Under the pieces are notes generated by a model. It was given only the letters and a program-made list of their open reading frames with translations, searched no databases and was not told the DNA's origin. Of a DNA stretch of 64,000 bases, positions 50,023-63,986 are shown piece after piece; positions within the stretch are counted from its first letter, which is position 1; each line of letters opens with the position of its first letter. The stretch lies in NCBI RefSeq assembly GCF_009914755.1, contig NC_060934.1, one strand, 5' to 3'. The DNA is from the human T2T-CHM13v2.0 reference genome, Homo sapiens. The translations under genes were made by a program, and so were the position numbers.

Positions 50023-51094
50023 ATCAGCAACATATTTTCATTGAATTTTTAGATGACATATTACAGGCAAAACTCACCAAGCACTGGGCAGTGGTAAGAC
50101 AGTCTTCATAACACACGGAGAAAACTGTTTTAGGGTAAAGAAAGAACCTTTCATGTCATCTGGCACAGGATAAAGTTCCAGCACACCTATTATAATTAAC
50201 ATGATTAACATCATTTTTATGAATCCAATTATGAACATGATGATTAAAATTATTATTATGCATCTGATAGAGGCCCTACAGTCTCAGCATTGAACAAAAC
50301 AGAATTGAATGTGGGACTACTGATCTTTGGAATTCAAATATCTAACAAACACTAAATCCTGATGGGGACTAGAAATAAGAATTAATGGGTTAAGATTCCA
50401 GTTAGGGCTTATTTAGGATATTAGAAATACCTGCTAGTTCCTGATTTAGGCAAACCTAATTCCTCACTCCTAAACTGGGGACGAAGGGTGAAGGCCTTCC
50501 AATGCCAACTTCTTCCATTTCTGCCAATCAAGCTTTCAGGTAGTCTACTACTTAGTCATAAGGTTTTCTTTAGTTCTTGTTATACGTAACAATTCCAAAG
50601 ACCCAATTTCCACCACCCAAAAATGGAAAAAAATAAGTAACGCTATAAACGTGATATTTAGAATGGACAATAGTTAAGTGCAGAGTTTATCATGAAAGAA
50701 TCAGAGAGGCAAAAAATAAAAGGATAAAGTTGTCAAGAAAAACTGAGGGGAAAGAGCATTTTATAATAGCAGCACACTTTAAAACCAGAGTCCAATGTAG
50801 TCATTTGTTAAGTCTGAGATTTGATGTGAGAGTTAATGAATCACTTTATATACATACCTAGCACCTGACACTCTGCAGGATTTCAGCACAGGGCAGCCTT
50901 TTCTTCCTAAGTGGGTACTATTATGCCAAAAATGTAGAAAGAACCAAATTATGATCCTAAGCATAATATATAAGCTTATATGGTTACATTTCATTTAGTC
51001 TGATTTCTAAAAATTGAGGAATGGTCTCTGTTCTCCAAAAATGTCAGCTGATGTTGAAAATGGCTCTATTGAGGACACATCTTTCAGATCCAAA

Positions 51095-51330
51095 ATAATA
51101 ACACTTACTCTAGGATACATTTATCAAGGGTTTATGATATACTCAGCTTTTCACATCTATTAACTTTGTTTTTCCTCACATGTTAATTAGGTAGGGACTA
51201 TTATATGGTCAATTTATGGATCAGGAATCTGAGATTAGAGAATTAAAGTGACTTGTCCAAAGATATAACTAGTAAACCTTAGAGCTGAGAGAGAAGATAT
51301 GAGGCTTTCTGGCCTTTGAAAACTGCTCAC
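51095..51330 (-). mobile_element. MIR
   Basis: aggaatctgagattagagaattaaagtgacttgtccaaagatataactagtaa. Confidence 0.7.
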
Positions 51331-52099
51331 TTCACCAGAAAAAGCAATGTACGTAAATGTCCATTTAAGTGGCCTTATATTTGGCTTCTAATATTGGTAC
51401 AACCCAGCTATTCCCCCAAAAAATGTAGTATAGGAAAATGTTCTTCTAGCTAAACCATTCTGTAAAATGCCCACACACATTTTCAAGGACCTGTGATTTG
51501 TGTGCTCTGGAAATCAGACCCATATAACAAATTGTAGCTTCCAGTCTGCAGAAGAATGCCTGTGGAATGTTTTAATGCTTATGAAGAAAAAAATGTAGTC
51601 TTTCTTGGTAAAAGTAACCTAAAGCTCTAGGTGGCTGATAACATAGAGTGTAGCAGGGCACTCTGCGCTAAAGATACAAATGCTCTCCAGCCATTCTTTG
51701 AAATTGAGTTCCTTTCTAGTTTGGTAAAACTCTTTCCAGCAGGTTCAAGGCCTCAGCGAGTCTCACCGTGTTATGAAGAAGTACTAAAGGTTGTATTTAA
51801 TAAGTCAACCTTCTCCCCTGAGCCTTAGTTATAACTTTTTAAAGAGTCTTGGAGGAACAGTTGAGCTTTTCCCAAATGGGGGAGTCTCAACTCATGTTTA
51901 CCAAATAAAAAAGTGAAAGGAGCTAATTTTGCATTTCCATTCAAAGTTAGTGTGGTAGGGGAAGGTCCTCCCTCAGTCAGGTGGTATTTCCTATAATGGG
52001 TAGAATTACCCAGAGATACATAAAAAAAAAAAAAAAATCAAATGTATCCATTGCCTGTGCTTTGACTTAGATTATCATAAAAATTAAGAATGCAATTGA

Positions 52100-52558
52100 A
52101 CTTGTTGAGTCTTGGCATGAGATATCTACTTAATGCTTCATGATAAGTAACCACAATATAACAGTGCATAAAATAATAGGCATTTCTTTCTTAGTTTGAT
52201 ATCTGTGAATCATCTGGATTTTGGCTGACCTAGGTTAGGCTCAGCTCGACTTGGCCCCAGGTTCTGAGTTGAGTCCAATTCTGCTTCACATATCTTCATT
52301 CTCTTTGGACCCGCAGATACTCAAGGCATGTTCTTCTTATGGTGAAAATGTAGGAGTGAAAGACAGGGGTAGAGGAAAAGTATCATGTTTCTTAGGGCTC
52401 CCATTAAGAATTGTAAACTGTCACTTTTCCCTATGTTCCTTTACCTAAAGTCAGTCCTATTGCTAAGTTCAACATTTTTTGGATGGGGAAGCATAATCTT
52501 CCATTGATAGTTGAAGGGAAGGGTAAATATTTGCTCATTAATAATCTAACCTTTCACA
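52100..52558 (-). mobile_element. Old MLT1 (I/J/K-like) LTR
   Basis: ggctgacctaggttaggctcagct...ggcatgttcttcttatggtg...aatatttgctcattaataatctaacctttcaca. Confidence 0.7.
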
Positions 52559-53003
52559 GTCTCTAAGTTACTATTTTGAGTAATGCTCTATTGGCCTACC
52601 ACCATTCAAACTTTAAGGATATAATTCACTTGTTTTTCTCCTCTTGTCAAATAAATGATTCAATGTATTCAGTAGAGTTTCACTATTTGGTCTTTCCATT
52701 CTCTAAGCATCATTATATATGTGACCACCACAGAGTCACAGCTATCAGTGACCTGGGAAAGGAAAAGTGAGTCACATAAATAGTAAACAAAGAACTAGTG
52801 TTTTGGAATCGCAGAATGCTAAATATTTTAAATAAAGAGCTTGTACTCAATAAATACTATAAAAGAGGAAACTGGAGAACAATAGAGTTTAATCCACTTA
52901 TCCAAGTTACCCAGCTAGTTAATAGCATATCCATAACCCAGTTTATTATCTTCTCTACCATGCTACACTTCCATGGCCTTTTATAAACTTTCTAGTTAGT
53001 TTT

Positions 53004-53029
53004 ACACACACACACACACACACACACAC
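53004..53029. repeat. (AC)n microsatellite
   Basis: About 13 perfect AC units. Confidence 0.95.
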
Positions 53030-53104
53030 TTCAAGGTATTAGGAAGGAAGTAGATAAAACTGCTTCTGAATTGCAGTGATATTTTTTAGGATTGTATATT
53101 TTCT

Positions 53105-54430
53105 TTTCATTTATTTTTTAATTGTTTATATTTATGGTATTTATGGTATATGCCATGATGTTTTGTTATATGTATATATCATGAAATGGCTATATCAAGC
53201 TATTTAATGTTTGCATTGTTTCACACATAATTTTTTTGTGTGTGATAAGAACACAAAATCTCTTTTCACAGTCTTCATATACATTATACATTGGTATTAA
53301 TTGTAGTCACCAAGATAAACAACACATCTCTTGAACTTATTTTTCCTTTCTAAAAAATTTGTGTCCTTTGACCAACATCTTTCCAATCTCCTTCCTTAAG
53401 CCAGCCTTTGGGAACCACCATTTTCCTCTCTCTTTGTATACTAACTTTTTTACACTTCACGTATAAATGAGATCATCTTCCTGTGGCTGGTTTATTTTGC
53501 TTACTATAGTGTCCTCTAGGTTCTTCCATGTTGTTGCAAATAATGGGATATTCTTTTTTTCTTTTTTAAGGGTAATATTCTATTGTGTATATATACCATA
53601 TTTTCTTTTTTTTTTTTAAGTTCTGGGGTACATGTGCAGAATGTGCAGGTTTGTTACATACGTAGAAGTATGCCATGGTGGTTTGCTGCACCTATCAACC
53701 CATCACCTAGGTATTAAGCCCCGCATGCATTAGCCCTTTTCCCTAATGCTCCCCAACACCCTTTCCTGACAGGCCCAAGTGTGTGTTGTTGCCCTCCCTA
53801 TGTCCATGTGTTTTCATTGTTCAGATCCCACTTATAAGTGAGAACATGCGGTGTTTGGTTTTCTGATCTTGTTTTAGTTTGCTAAGGATGATTGCTTCCA
53901 GCTGCATCGTATCTTTGCGAAGTACATGATCTCATTTCTTTTTATGGCTGCATAGTAATCCATGGCATATATGTACCACATTTTCTTTATCCAGTCTATC
54001 ATTGATGGACATTTGGGTTCATTCCATGTCTTTGCTATTGTGAATAGTGTTGCAATGAATACATGCATGCACGTATCTTATACCACATTTTCTTGATCCA
54101 TTCATCTGTCAATGGACACTAAACTTGAGTTCATATCTTGGCTGTTGTAAATAATGCTGCAATGAACATAGGAGAGCAAATATCTCTTCGACACACTGAT
54201 CTCATATCCTTTGGATATATGCCCAGTAGTGGGATTGCTGGATCGCATGGTAATCTATTTCTAATTTTTTGAGGAACATTCATACTATTTTCCATAGTGG
54301 TTGCACCTTTTACAATCCCACTAACAGTGCATAAGGGTTCTAATTTCTCACATCCTCATCAACACTTGTTTTTTTTCATTTTAGTTAGTAGCCATCCTAA
54401 CAGGTATGAGGTGATATCTCATTGTACTGA
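53105..54430 (-). mobile_element. L1MA 3' end, interrupted by a younger L1PA
   Basis: L1MA-type 3' UTR (aaatggctatatcaagctatttaa, tctcttgaacttatt), continuing after 54078 into ORF2 3' text. Confidence 0.88.
53608..54078 (-). mobile_element. 5'-truncated L1PA (mid-age, about PA7-PA10)
   Basis: poly-T + aagttctggggtacatgtgcagaatgtgcagg; 16-bp TSD tatacca(t/c)attttctt at 53592-53607 and 54079-54094; ORF 53874-54068 is the ORF2p C-terminus. Confidence 0.93.
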
Positions 54431-55899
54431 ATTTACTCACCAAGATTCTGTATCTTCTGTAACTTATGTGTAGTCTGCATTAGTCTGGATTCTGTATTCT
54501 GCATTAGCCTGGATTAAATGGGAAGGCATATGGAAGCATATGAAAACTAAAAACAGAAATATCATCCTTATGATAGATAATGCTGTTTGTGAAATTTGGC
54601 TTAGGTCTGAGGGACAAATTGGCTTTCAAAAGCTTCTTCTCCTGTGCTTGATCCCCAACAGGTGGGGAACAGGCCACACCTCTTCCCCTATCTATCTTTG
54701 GGGCAACCCACCTCAGGAAAAATGTGAGTTCTTCAGAGCACTTCTCAAATCAGTATCCTTCAATGGCCCAGGTAAGAGGTGGAAGAAAAGAGACCAAATC
54801 TTCACGGTCTTATAAGAAATTCTCACTTCCCAACTGAGAAAAGTGTACCAGTATTAACCCACAATAGGTAGCCATGTGTGGAGAAGTGAGGTGGGAGTGA
54901 AATTCTAGGCCATGTGTGTTGCCTTTGGGGTATTCCTGCACATGGAAACATTAGTTCAGAGCATAAAAACACTCTCCCAACACTGGCTGAGAATTTTTCC
55001 TTTCACTGATTTTGCCTTTGAAGAATTTCAATGGAACATATGTGACTGTCAATGTTGAAATACAATAAAAGCCACTTGGTATCACTTAGGTGACTGTAGC
55101 ACTGATTCCTATGCCATTTTGATTAGTAATGCATATTGATCTCCAGGACCAGGCTGAACACGGATCGAATGACATATGCACAATAGCACAGGACTGCGCT
55201 CATTTAGCAACAAATCGCCTTTGGAAAGTCCCTTTATGTTTATTCTCCTCATTTTGGTTCCATTTGATGCTTCCCTTTGTTGGCTGTCTTTTGATCACTG
55301 TAGGCAACAAAGCCCCAAGGGAGAGTCCTAAAGAGCTTTGTAAGGAGAGGATAGTTTTCTGAATACGGAAATTGGAGTGATACATCAGAAATTGTGGGTC
55401 CTCTGGATCAACCTGCTAGTAAATGGAGGCATTCCATTTGTCATCAGTGTGCGTTTAGTGCAGATACAGCATTCAAGGGGAAACAGAATCATTTGGCAGA
55501 CCTCATGTATTTGTTTACTGATTTTATGTCTTCATTTTCTCTCTCTACTATCCCTTCTGGGGAAATCTGCTTATGAGCTTTCTTCTTCCAAGAACTAGAG
55601 TTAGATTCAGTGTACAAACTTGCAGGTACTGAAATCTTTTTCACTTACTTACATTTGAACAATTATATAAAATAATTAATGCTAAGGTATTGCTGCTCTA
55701 ATGCAACTGGACAGGACCAATTAATTATTTTTCTCCCTAAAGTCAAAGATGTTATTGTTCAATAGAGAAATTTGATATTCAAAATTCTATTCCAATCCTG
55801 ATGAAATTTCTCTCTTCTTCCCAAGCCTCAAATCTAGAAATTTCATGGTTTACTTCTGAATTTTAAGAAGACCAGAGGCCATATTGAGAAACTTTTCAG

Positions 55900-56510
55900 G
55901 CTGAAGGAGGAAAGCATCTAATTTTAGCCTCATGCTTGGCTGCCAAGGTGTTACTTTTAACATCTCCTGACATCTCATTAAAAGTCATTCCTTGGCATGG
56001 GCTTCAGTGCCCTTTATAACTAGGTTTTTTCCTTCCTTTTCGTACTCAATTTTTTCTATTCATTCAGTGGACAGACTTGCCACTCCCCAAACACAGCGGG
56101 TTACTTCACTTCCCAGTGTCTTTATGCATGTACTACTTTATCTCAGGAAAATCTGCATCTTCTTCGCTTTACCTGCCTCATGTCCACTTGGCAAACTCCT
56201 ACATAATCTTAAATAACCTCAAACTCCTACATAATGTTAAATAACATAGCTCAGTGTTAATTTTCTTCTGCAATACACCCATTTTCCCTTATCTTCAGAC
56301 ACACTTGATTTATTCTATAGTTGGAGTTTCTGGGATTTATCATTTATTTTGATTATAATTTTTCTTATAGGAATTTTCACATGTCTAATTCTTTCATTAG
56401 ACTGTGGGCTCTGCAAGGACAGAAACAATGTCGTAATCTCTTATCCTCAGAGCAAAGAAAAGCTACTGATGTACAAAATTTATTCAATATAGGTTTGTTG
56501 AATTAAATAG
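55900..56510 (-). mobile_element. L2 fragment
   Basis: cattagactgtgggctctgcaaggacagaaac...tattcaatataggtttgttgaattaaat terminus; orientation approximate. Confidence 0.6.
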
Positions 56511-58429
56511 AACACAAAAGCAATAATGTCATATAAAAAGGATGCATGGACAGATGAATAATCACTGCTGAGATGCATAAATTTTTAAATCATAAGAGGG
56601 TCAGTCACTTCACAGAGGCTACTTGGCAAAGTACTATATCAATCAGGGTCCCATTTTCAATTGCATGGTGACAGGTTTACTTTCTGGCTATAAGGATATG
56701 AAATATGTTATATGTATAATTTATCGTGTTTCATAAAAAAAAAAAACTGAAGCCCAAATTCCCTGACAACAAGAGATACATTCACAGAGCATAAAATTGG
56801 CTAATATGAAAGATGCTTACAATGAAATATTTTAGTACAGATAATGTTATTGAGAAGTTCTTGTTTTTTTGAGAAATGCTAAAGCTAACATAAATACACT
56901 TTTAGATTTGCCCAAACTTTTAGAGGAGACACTGTGTGTTGCAATGAGGACTGGATAAAGAGCAACTGTACTGTACATCATGAAAATAAAATCCAAGTTT
57001 CCCTATGGCACACTCAAAATATCAAAGTTCCCATTGTCCAGAAGGGACAATTAGTAAATTTTTTTTCTCAAAGAGAAATAATAAGGAAACTGCATATATA
57101 AGTGTATCCATCTCTTACATGTTCCTCCCTTCCCTGAACCTCCAAGTCACCCACAGTCTCTCCTGTGAGTACAGTTTTGAGAGTTCTTGGTGGGCACTTG
57201 ATTATGCAAGAGTTTTTCTCTTCCCCTCTGGCTACACTGCCTGGAATTTAGCTCCGTTTTGCTAGTTTATATATCAAGGTTTAAAAAATATTCAGCCACA
57301 CATAAACACAATGATAATGTAAATTGTCAACTAATAACAACTCACACTCTTTCTCTACAATACTGTTGTTCAAATATATTAGTCAGGGTAAATTATTTTT
57401 AGTTTTTAAGAGTTCCTCTTCATCCCACTATTCTTCTAAAGATGGTATCTGGATGTTTGAGGGCAGGATGTATGGAGCTGCTTTACTTTAGAAACCAAAT
57501 GAAGAGACCCATAAGCTCTCCTCTTCCTAGGTGTTGCTAGTCTAACCTGAGTTGTAGATGGATTTGCAAAGGGACAATTGGCCCTAACTATTTCTTTGGT
57601 GCATTGAACTAGAACCCATTGCTGAAGTTCATTGTCATGATCATGTCGACTCTCTCTGGGAAGATCCATGTTTATCTCAGACCTCTGTTGGTTCACCTGT
57701 GTTCTTAGTACTTCCCCAAACCTTCTCTTGGGCACCAAGTCATTTCTGGAAGCTTTATACACACATGGAGGCCACAGAAGACCAAGAGCTTGAATTCAGG
57801 GCTGTTGGCATAGAGCACTGTGCCTGTATACCCAAACACCACTCAAATCAGTGTCCTCAATAGAGATGCCCTCTGATTAGTCTATCAGGAAAATATTTAA
57901 CATTTATGTAGATTAGTTACACAAATGCAGGTATATTCAACATTCCTCATTGGTAGATTTAAAAACTCATCATATCTCACCAGATATTCTCTTTCCATTC
58001 TGCTACCCCACTCAACAAACACTTTTAATGTTTCATGTTTTAAGAAGAAAGAGCTGTAACACAGAAGGACAAGGAAGAGCTGGAGAAATCTGATACCTCT
58101 ATAGTGGAGTGTGATGATCTATCTTCAGAGGCATCATTTTAAAAGTTTGCCTGATGCAGGCGGAGCAGTGAGATTGGGAACAGGAGATGATTTTAATTGT
58201 CTACCATCATGCTGACATTCAGTTTCAATAGGGCAACTAATTAGCAAACTCTATTTGCAGAGGTGGAAAAGAACTACCATTAGTGACAGGAAAAACCCTA
58301 GTCTATTAAACACTTTCTGTGCACCAGTTCAAATCATCTAAAATTCCCCTCTTATTCCAGACATTATTTCTGCAACCAGTTTTATGCAGGATTTAATCAG
58401 ATTTCTGCAGGTTAAAGACTACAGACTTC

Positions 58430-58877
58430 CAGAGTGTCTCACCTGGTGCCACTTCTGTGTGCCTCTTGTTTTCACCAATGGTTTCTTTGACACTGCACCG
58501 TGGGACTCTTATGAGAACTCTTCCAGTACTCAGATATATGTCACTCAAAAGCGTAAGAAAAATGGTAATTGTTGAGCCAATCTTTGACCAATGTAAACCA
58601 ATGGATGAATGTTTCTCTCTCTTGTTCCCTGAGTGGAAAGTTCCAAAACGTATTTTATAAACCTGTTCAGAATGTTTTGTAAGAAGAAGCGACAGTTGCC
58701 CATAGTAGTAACAAATGGAGTAACACATTTTTATCTTGGCTTTCCATCTTTCCAGTGTAACTTCTGTCTCTTGCTCCTGCTACCCAGTATCAATCCCTCC
58801 TCCTCCAAGGAGAAAACATACTTGCCTGTAAATCTCTGGCTCAGGCTTGGCTTTGGGGGAATCTGGAGGTAAAACAC
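58430..58877 (+). mobile_element. LTR16-like ERVL LTR
   Basis: ctttgaccaatg...acttgcctgtaaatctctggctcaggcttggctttgggggaatctggaggtaaaaca terminus. Confidence 0.65.
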
Positions 58878-58989
58878 CTATGTAAGAGTTGACATGAAAT
58901 AACTTTTTATTCTTTTAACTTTTTTATTCTTTGTTTTTACATCTTGTGAGATGCTTCCCTTGAACCTGCTATTAACCTGTTCAGGGAGA

Positions 58990-59107
58990 TTTTCTTTCTC
59001 CTCCCTCCCTCCCTTCCAGCCTTCCTTCCTTACTTCCTCTCTTTCCTCCCTTTCTCTCTTTTCTTTCCTTCTCTCTTTTCTTTTCTTTCTTTCTTTCTTT
59101 CTTTCCT

Positions 59108-59175
<68 letters not shown>

Positions 59176-59311
59176 TTCTTTCCCTTCCTTCCTTCCCTCC
59201 CTCCCTTCCTCCTTCCTTCCTTCCTTTTTCCTTTCCTTTCCTTTTCCTTTCCCTTTCCCCTTCTTTATTTCTTTTCTTTTCTAGCTTTTTCCTCTCTCTC
59301 TTTCTTCCCCT
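58990..59311. repeat. Polypyrimidine tract with (TTTC)n and (CCTT)n arrays
   Basis: About 320 nt almost entirely C/T on +. Confidence 0.97.
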
Positions 59312-60409
59312 GAAAATTAGACCTCCCACAAAAGTTTTACATAGGAGTGCACTTATTAAAGATGTTAGTCACTGAGATAACATTGACAACTATCCCCTTT
59401 CTTCCCCAGAACTGGAACTTACTCAGGTTGCCATAGGGGTCTGAGATACTCTTGTACTGAGATTAGAATCTGCCGCAGAATGGGTTATGGAAATCTATTC
59501 AGATGAGAAATTATTATCCTCATCATGGTGTTTCCAGTTATGGAGCCATCAAAATTGCTTTTATTTGGATGATTTTTGAAATAGTTTAATAGTTATATTC
59601 TATATCTTAGGATTCTTATATTTGAAATAAATATGCAGTCACCTATATCCTTATTCTTGGTGAGGCTGTATTTAATGTATTTTAGATATTTAAGGTGAAA
59701 TTGAGAGATCTCCTAAAGTGATGACTTCAAACTTTCTTGTTAAATTGAGCATAAGATAAATTACATTGATTTAATGAAAATGTTTTTATAGAAAGACATG
59801 AATATTGAGCTTGGTGCTAATATAGCAGCAATTGTGTTTTCATTGTCACTGTCATCTGCATTTTAAAAAAATTACCTGAAGGGTGAGGAAGAGGCAAGTA
59901 CTCCACCATCCACAACCAGGGGGCACCCAGTGTCCTTTCTTTAGGGGGCTGAGATAAGGCATACTGTTTAAATACTGAGCTCCCCCTAACCTTAAAAAAA
60001 TATGTTATTTGCTAATGTTTTGGGTTCTGGTTCAAATAGGCCAATTTTAACATAATAGATGAGAATGGAGCTTTTGTGTCAAGGCATAAAATTGTGTAAT
60101 TGGGAATATTAAGGTGGGTTGAAGAACAAAGTTTTCAGGGAATGACTTTTTAGTTAGGAGTTGGGGATTGAAGAGAGTGAGCTAGGATGACTGGGACCCT
60201 GCAAAGGTTCGATTAGATAATCCAGAATAGAACCACTGTGGGGGCTGGATTTTGGTGCAGGCTGGAAGGAACACCACTTTTAAATGAACAAGGCCCAGTA
60301 ACGTGAAATGGAGATGGAGGATCTCCATTCTTATTGATAACATTATATGAAATTGATGTTTAATATAAATACTGAAATTAATGTGACAGAACTGATGCTG
60401 TTTTCCCAA

Positions 60410-60600
60410 CAATCTACTTCATGTCAAGAACTGTGCTAGGCACTGTAAACATAGCATCGCTGATGCTCTTAACAATGCTGTCTTACTTTATAAATGAGAA
60501 CATTCAGGCCTAAGAAAGCCTTCTGACCCCCAGCTAGTAAGTACTACTGCTATTAACTGAAAGCAAATTCCTTTTGAGTTAAAGTCCATACTTTTTATAC
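60410..60600 (-). mobile_element. MIR
   Basis: ctacttcatgtcaagaactgtgctaggcactgt...ttataaatgagaacattcaggcc. Confidence 0.6.
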
Positions 60601-61049
60601 TATGTCACAGTAGATTTCCTATTCATATGGACGGCATAGAACAGGGATCTTAAATAATGGACTATTAAAGAAAGATATTAAGAAGAGCATAAAAAAGGTA
60701 TGTATCAGTCAAGAACATTGGGATATATTGCTGGAGAACATTTTATTGAGAATTATTACTAGGCTCAGGCATCTTAAGAAACTCTGAATAGAACAAAATA
60801 GTACCAGAATAGATAGCATTATCAATGAGAAAAAAAAACATAAAATCATATGTGGTTATTATCAATGGCTACTTATTGCATCTTCAATTAAGGTGGCCTT
60901 ATTAGGCTAAAAGGTAGTGTAATTTGGTATTATAAAATGTATAAGCATCTTAGAGCTGTCGGTTTCTTACCATGACGGAGGAACTGATACCAGACTAGCC
61001 CTGCCACTGTAAACAAAAATAAATTGGATGATATATATGAGGCTTACTC

Positions 61050-61935
61050 TAATGACTCCTTTTCAATATTTAACTGGAAACCTCAGCCATTTTAGTAGGG
61101 TAAGAAAAAAATAGTAAATGGCATAATGAGTAGAAAGTAAGAACTTGTAAAAGTCTGTAGGTATAGATAATATGAATTTATGCATAGAAAATTTTAGAAA
61201 ATATAAAAACCTATGAGAACCAATAAATGATTTAGCCAAGTTGCAGGATATAAAATCATTATAAAAATTAATTGTATTTTTATATATTAACAGTAAATGA
61301 TTAGCACATAATTCTTAAAATATTAAAAGTTAAAAAGTGAAATCAATAAAACAAACTATTTAGGTATAAATTTAATCAAAGATGGGCAAACTACAAAAGA
61401 ATAATGATAAAAGTTAAAGGAAACTAAATAAATGAAGTGATACATAAGTTCATGGACAGAAAAACAATGGGGTTATGATTTTCATTCTCTCTAAATTAAT
61501 CTATAATTTCAACACAGTCCCATACGTAATTAGAGCAGATTTTTTTAAGAAATTGACAAGTTGTTCCTAATATTCATATGAAAATTCAAAGGACCTTGAG
61601 TAGCCAAAATAATTTAGAAAATAAAGGACAAATTTGGAGGAGGTACACTACTGATTATATGTCTTACTGCAAAGCTACAATAATAAACATAAAGTAGTAC
61701 TGAAATAAGGAATCTAGAAATAGGCCTACACATATATGGTCAAGGTAATTGAATAGGGAAATATACCATTTTCATAAATAGTCCTGGACTACTGACTATC
61801 CACACCAGAAGAAAGAGGCAAACCCTCCACTTCTAATTCATAGCATATGCAAAAATATTTGAAGTGCATCATAAACTTCAATATAAAATATAAAACATAT
61901 AGGAGAACATAAAAGAACATCTCTGTAATCAAACT
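61050..61935 (+). mobile_element. Old L1M ORF2 3' fragment
   Basis: tttagccaagttgcaggatataaaatca, gaaattgacaagttgttcctaatattcatatg, caaagctacaataataaa. Confidence 0.8.
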
Positions 61936-62149
61936 GAAATGATGTTTAAATGTAGAAAATGTTCTTTTTGTTTTTTTCTAGTAAATAGAAGTAGTAAAAA
62001 GTTTTAGATAATATAATTTGCTTCTAAGTAAAATTTCAAAAACGTACTTTCCTTCTCTAAGATAATTCAGTTGCTACAAGACAAAGAGGAAGAGAAGTGG
62101 TTTTGCATTACAATGCCCATAATTTTCTGGTGTAAATGCAATATATTTT

Positions 62150-62670
62150 ACTCTCATTCTGACTTCACCTCTATCTAACTGTGACTTTGGATAAATTACT
62201 TAAACCCTCTCAGATTCAGCTTCCCAATTCTAAACATGGATACAGTATTATCTAACTCTTTATGAGTTTGGATAAGATAACATATGTAAAACCTGTAGAA
62301 TAGTGCCTGGACATGTTGACATATGGTATATACTCAGTGCTGCTGCTATAGTTTTACTGACGATTATGCTAATATTAGTTATCATTCCATTATTTCATTA
62401 CATGAAAGGCTATATTATATTGTGATTAACAGCACATTCTCTAAAGCCAGAATATCTGTGTTCAAATCCCAGGTTTGCCAGTTATTAGCTATGTGACTTT
62501 AGACAAGCCACTTTGTCTGTTTATGTCTCAGTTTCTTCATGGGTTAAATGGGAATAATGATCATGAGGTATGAAAGCTTTTAAGAGCTCAAAATAAGTTC
62601 ACATTTAAAAAGTATATAAGAAAAACTTTCTGACATTGTAAGTGCTATAAGGTTTGCCACTATTATTCTC
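62150..62670 (+). mobile_element. Two adjacent MIR copies (~62150-62345 and ~62430-62670)
   Basis: taactgtgactttggataaattacttaa; gttcaaatcccagg...agctatgtgactttagacaag...tctcagtttcttcat. Confidence 0.7.
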
Positions 62671-63084
62671 ATTCTCGTAACATCACTGTCTTCTCTGTAA
62701 CTGAAGATTAATTCTGAAAGAGGGAGACATTCCACTGCCACCAACGGCATGTCCCTTCCCCATATGTGTGCTGTTTTGGAGGGGATTATGTAAATTGATA
62801 TATTTTTCTGGAATAGGTTAAGAATTTGACACTCTGAACTCTTGCCCTAGAGCTAACTTTAACTGCTTTAATCATCTTTAATCAATAACATACAACCAAA
62901 GGAAATTTTCATAAGTCATTAAGGTAAGCCATTTGTTGACACTTGTTGACTCAGGGAATCAGTGACATTATATTCACCAGCTTGTTCACCTTTTCCTGTT
63001 GAACATTTTCTTAGGGTGGGTTCCCTGGAAATAGACCCTGGGTATGAATTCCATGTAAGTGAAATGTTAAGAAACAGTTCCCAG

Positions 63085-63137
63085 CCTGGCAACAGAGTGA
63101 GACTCCGTCAAAAACAAACAAACAAAACAAAACAAAA
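63085..63137 (+). mobile_element. Ultra-short 5'-truncated Alu (AluSc-like) with 16-bp TSD
   Basis: cctggcaacagagtgagactccgtc plus A-rich tail between two copies of aagaaacagttcccag (63069-63084, 63138-63153). Confidence 0.92.
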
Positions 63138-63695
63138 AAGAAACAGTTCCCAGGAGAAAAGAGTAAGAGAGAAAGAAGTAGAATAGGAAAAATGAAGAAG
63201 CCAAGCAAATGTATGATTTCAGGCAATAGTCCACTTTAGAATTTGTCCCTGCCTTAAGCAAGGTATCTGGGGTCTCATGACTCTGGTAGTTCTTATACCA
63301 GAATGTAAGCCAAATAAGCACAGAGAATATATCGGTCTCATTCATCTCTGCACTCCCTGTGAATGACATACTGCCTGCCTAATGAATGTTTTTTAAATAG
63401 CTTCAAAAAAAGAAATTTGCTCTAAAATACTAAAACACTTATATTAATTGGATACGTAACGACTTGTAGAGTTTTCTGAATGAATCTCTCCATTTGGTAA
63501 GACAAAGCTTGAGGAGGCATTAAACATATCCATGGTCAGATATCTATATAGCCCCAGGAATCTTTAGCTGGCTTTGAACAAGTTCTCTCTTGGAATACAC
63601 AAGTTTCTACCTATTCCACAGATTACTCTAAGGGAGTAAGGAAGGTTTAGAGAAAGGGAATATAACAACTAAACAAGAATTAAAAAAGAAGACAG

Positions 63696-63986
63696 GGCCA
63701 GGAGTGGTGGCTCACGCCTGTAATCCCAACATTTTGCAGGGCCAAGGCAGACAGATTACCTGAGGTCAGGAGTTCAAGACCAGCCTGACCAACATGGCGA
63801 AACCCCATCTACTAAATATACAAAAATTAGCTGGACACAGTAGCACATGCCTGTAGTCTCAGCTACTCAGGAGGCTGAGGCAGGAGAATCGCATGAACCT
63901 GGGAGGTGGGGGTTGCAGTGAGCCTAGCAGGCCACTGCACTCCTCCAGCCTGGGCAACAGAGCAAGACTCCATCTCAAAAATAAAA
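63696..63986 (+). mobile_element. Full-length AluS
   Basis: ggccaggagtggtggctcacgcctgtaatccc...cctgaggtcaggagttc...gactccatctcaaaaa. Confidence 0.95.

Noticed and set aside
57436-57762. 108-aa minus-strand ORF
   Set aside because: No recognisable homology or splice context; length is within chance expectation and the region may be an old LTR.
58951-59329. F/L/S-rich and K/E/R-rich ORFs
   Set aside because: Artefacts of the stop-free polypyrimidine tract.
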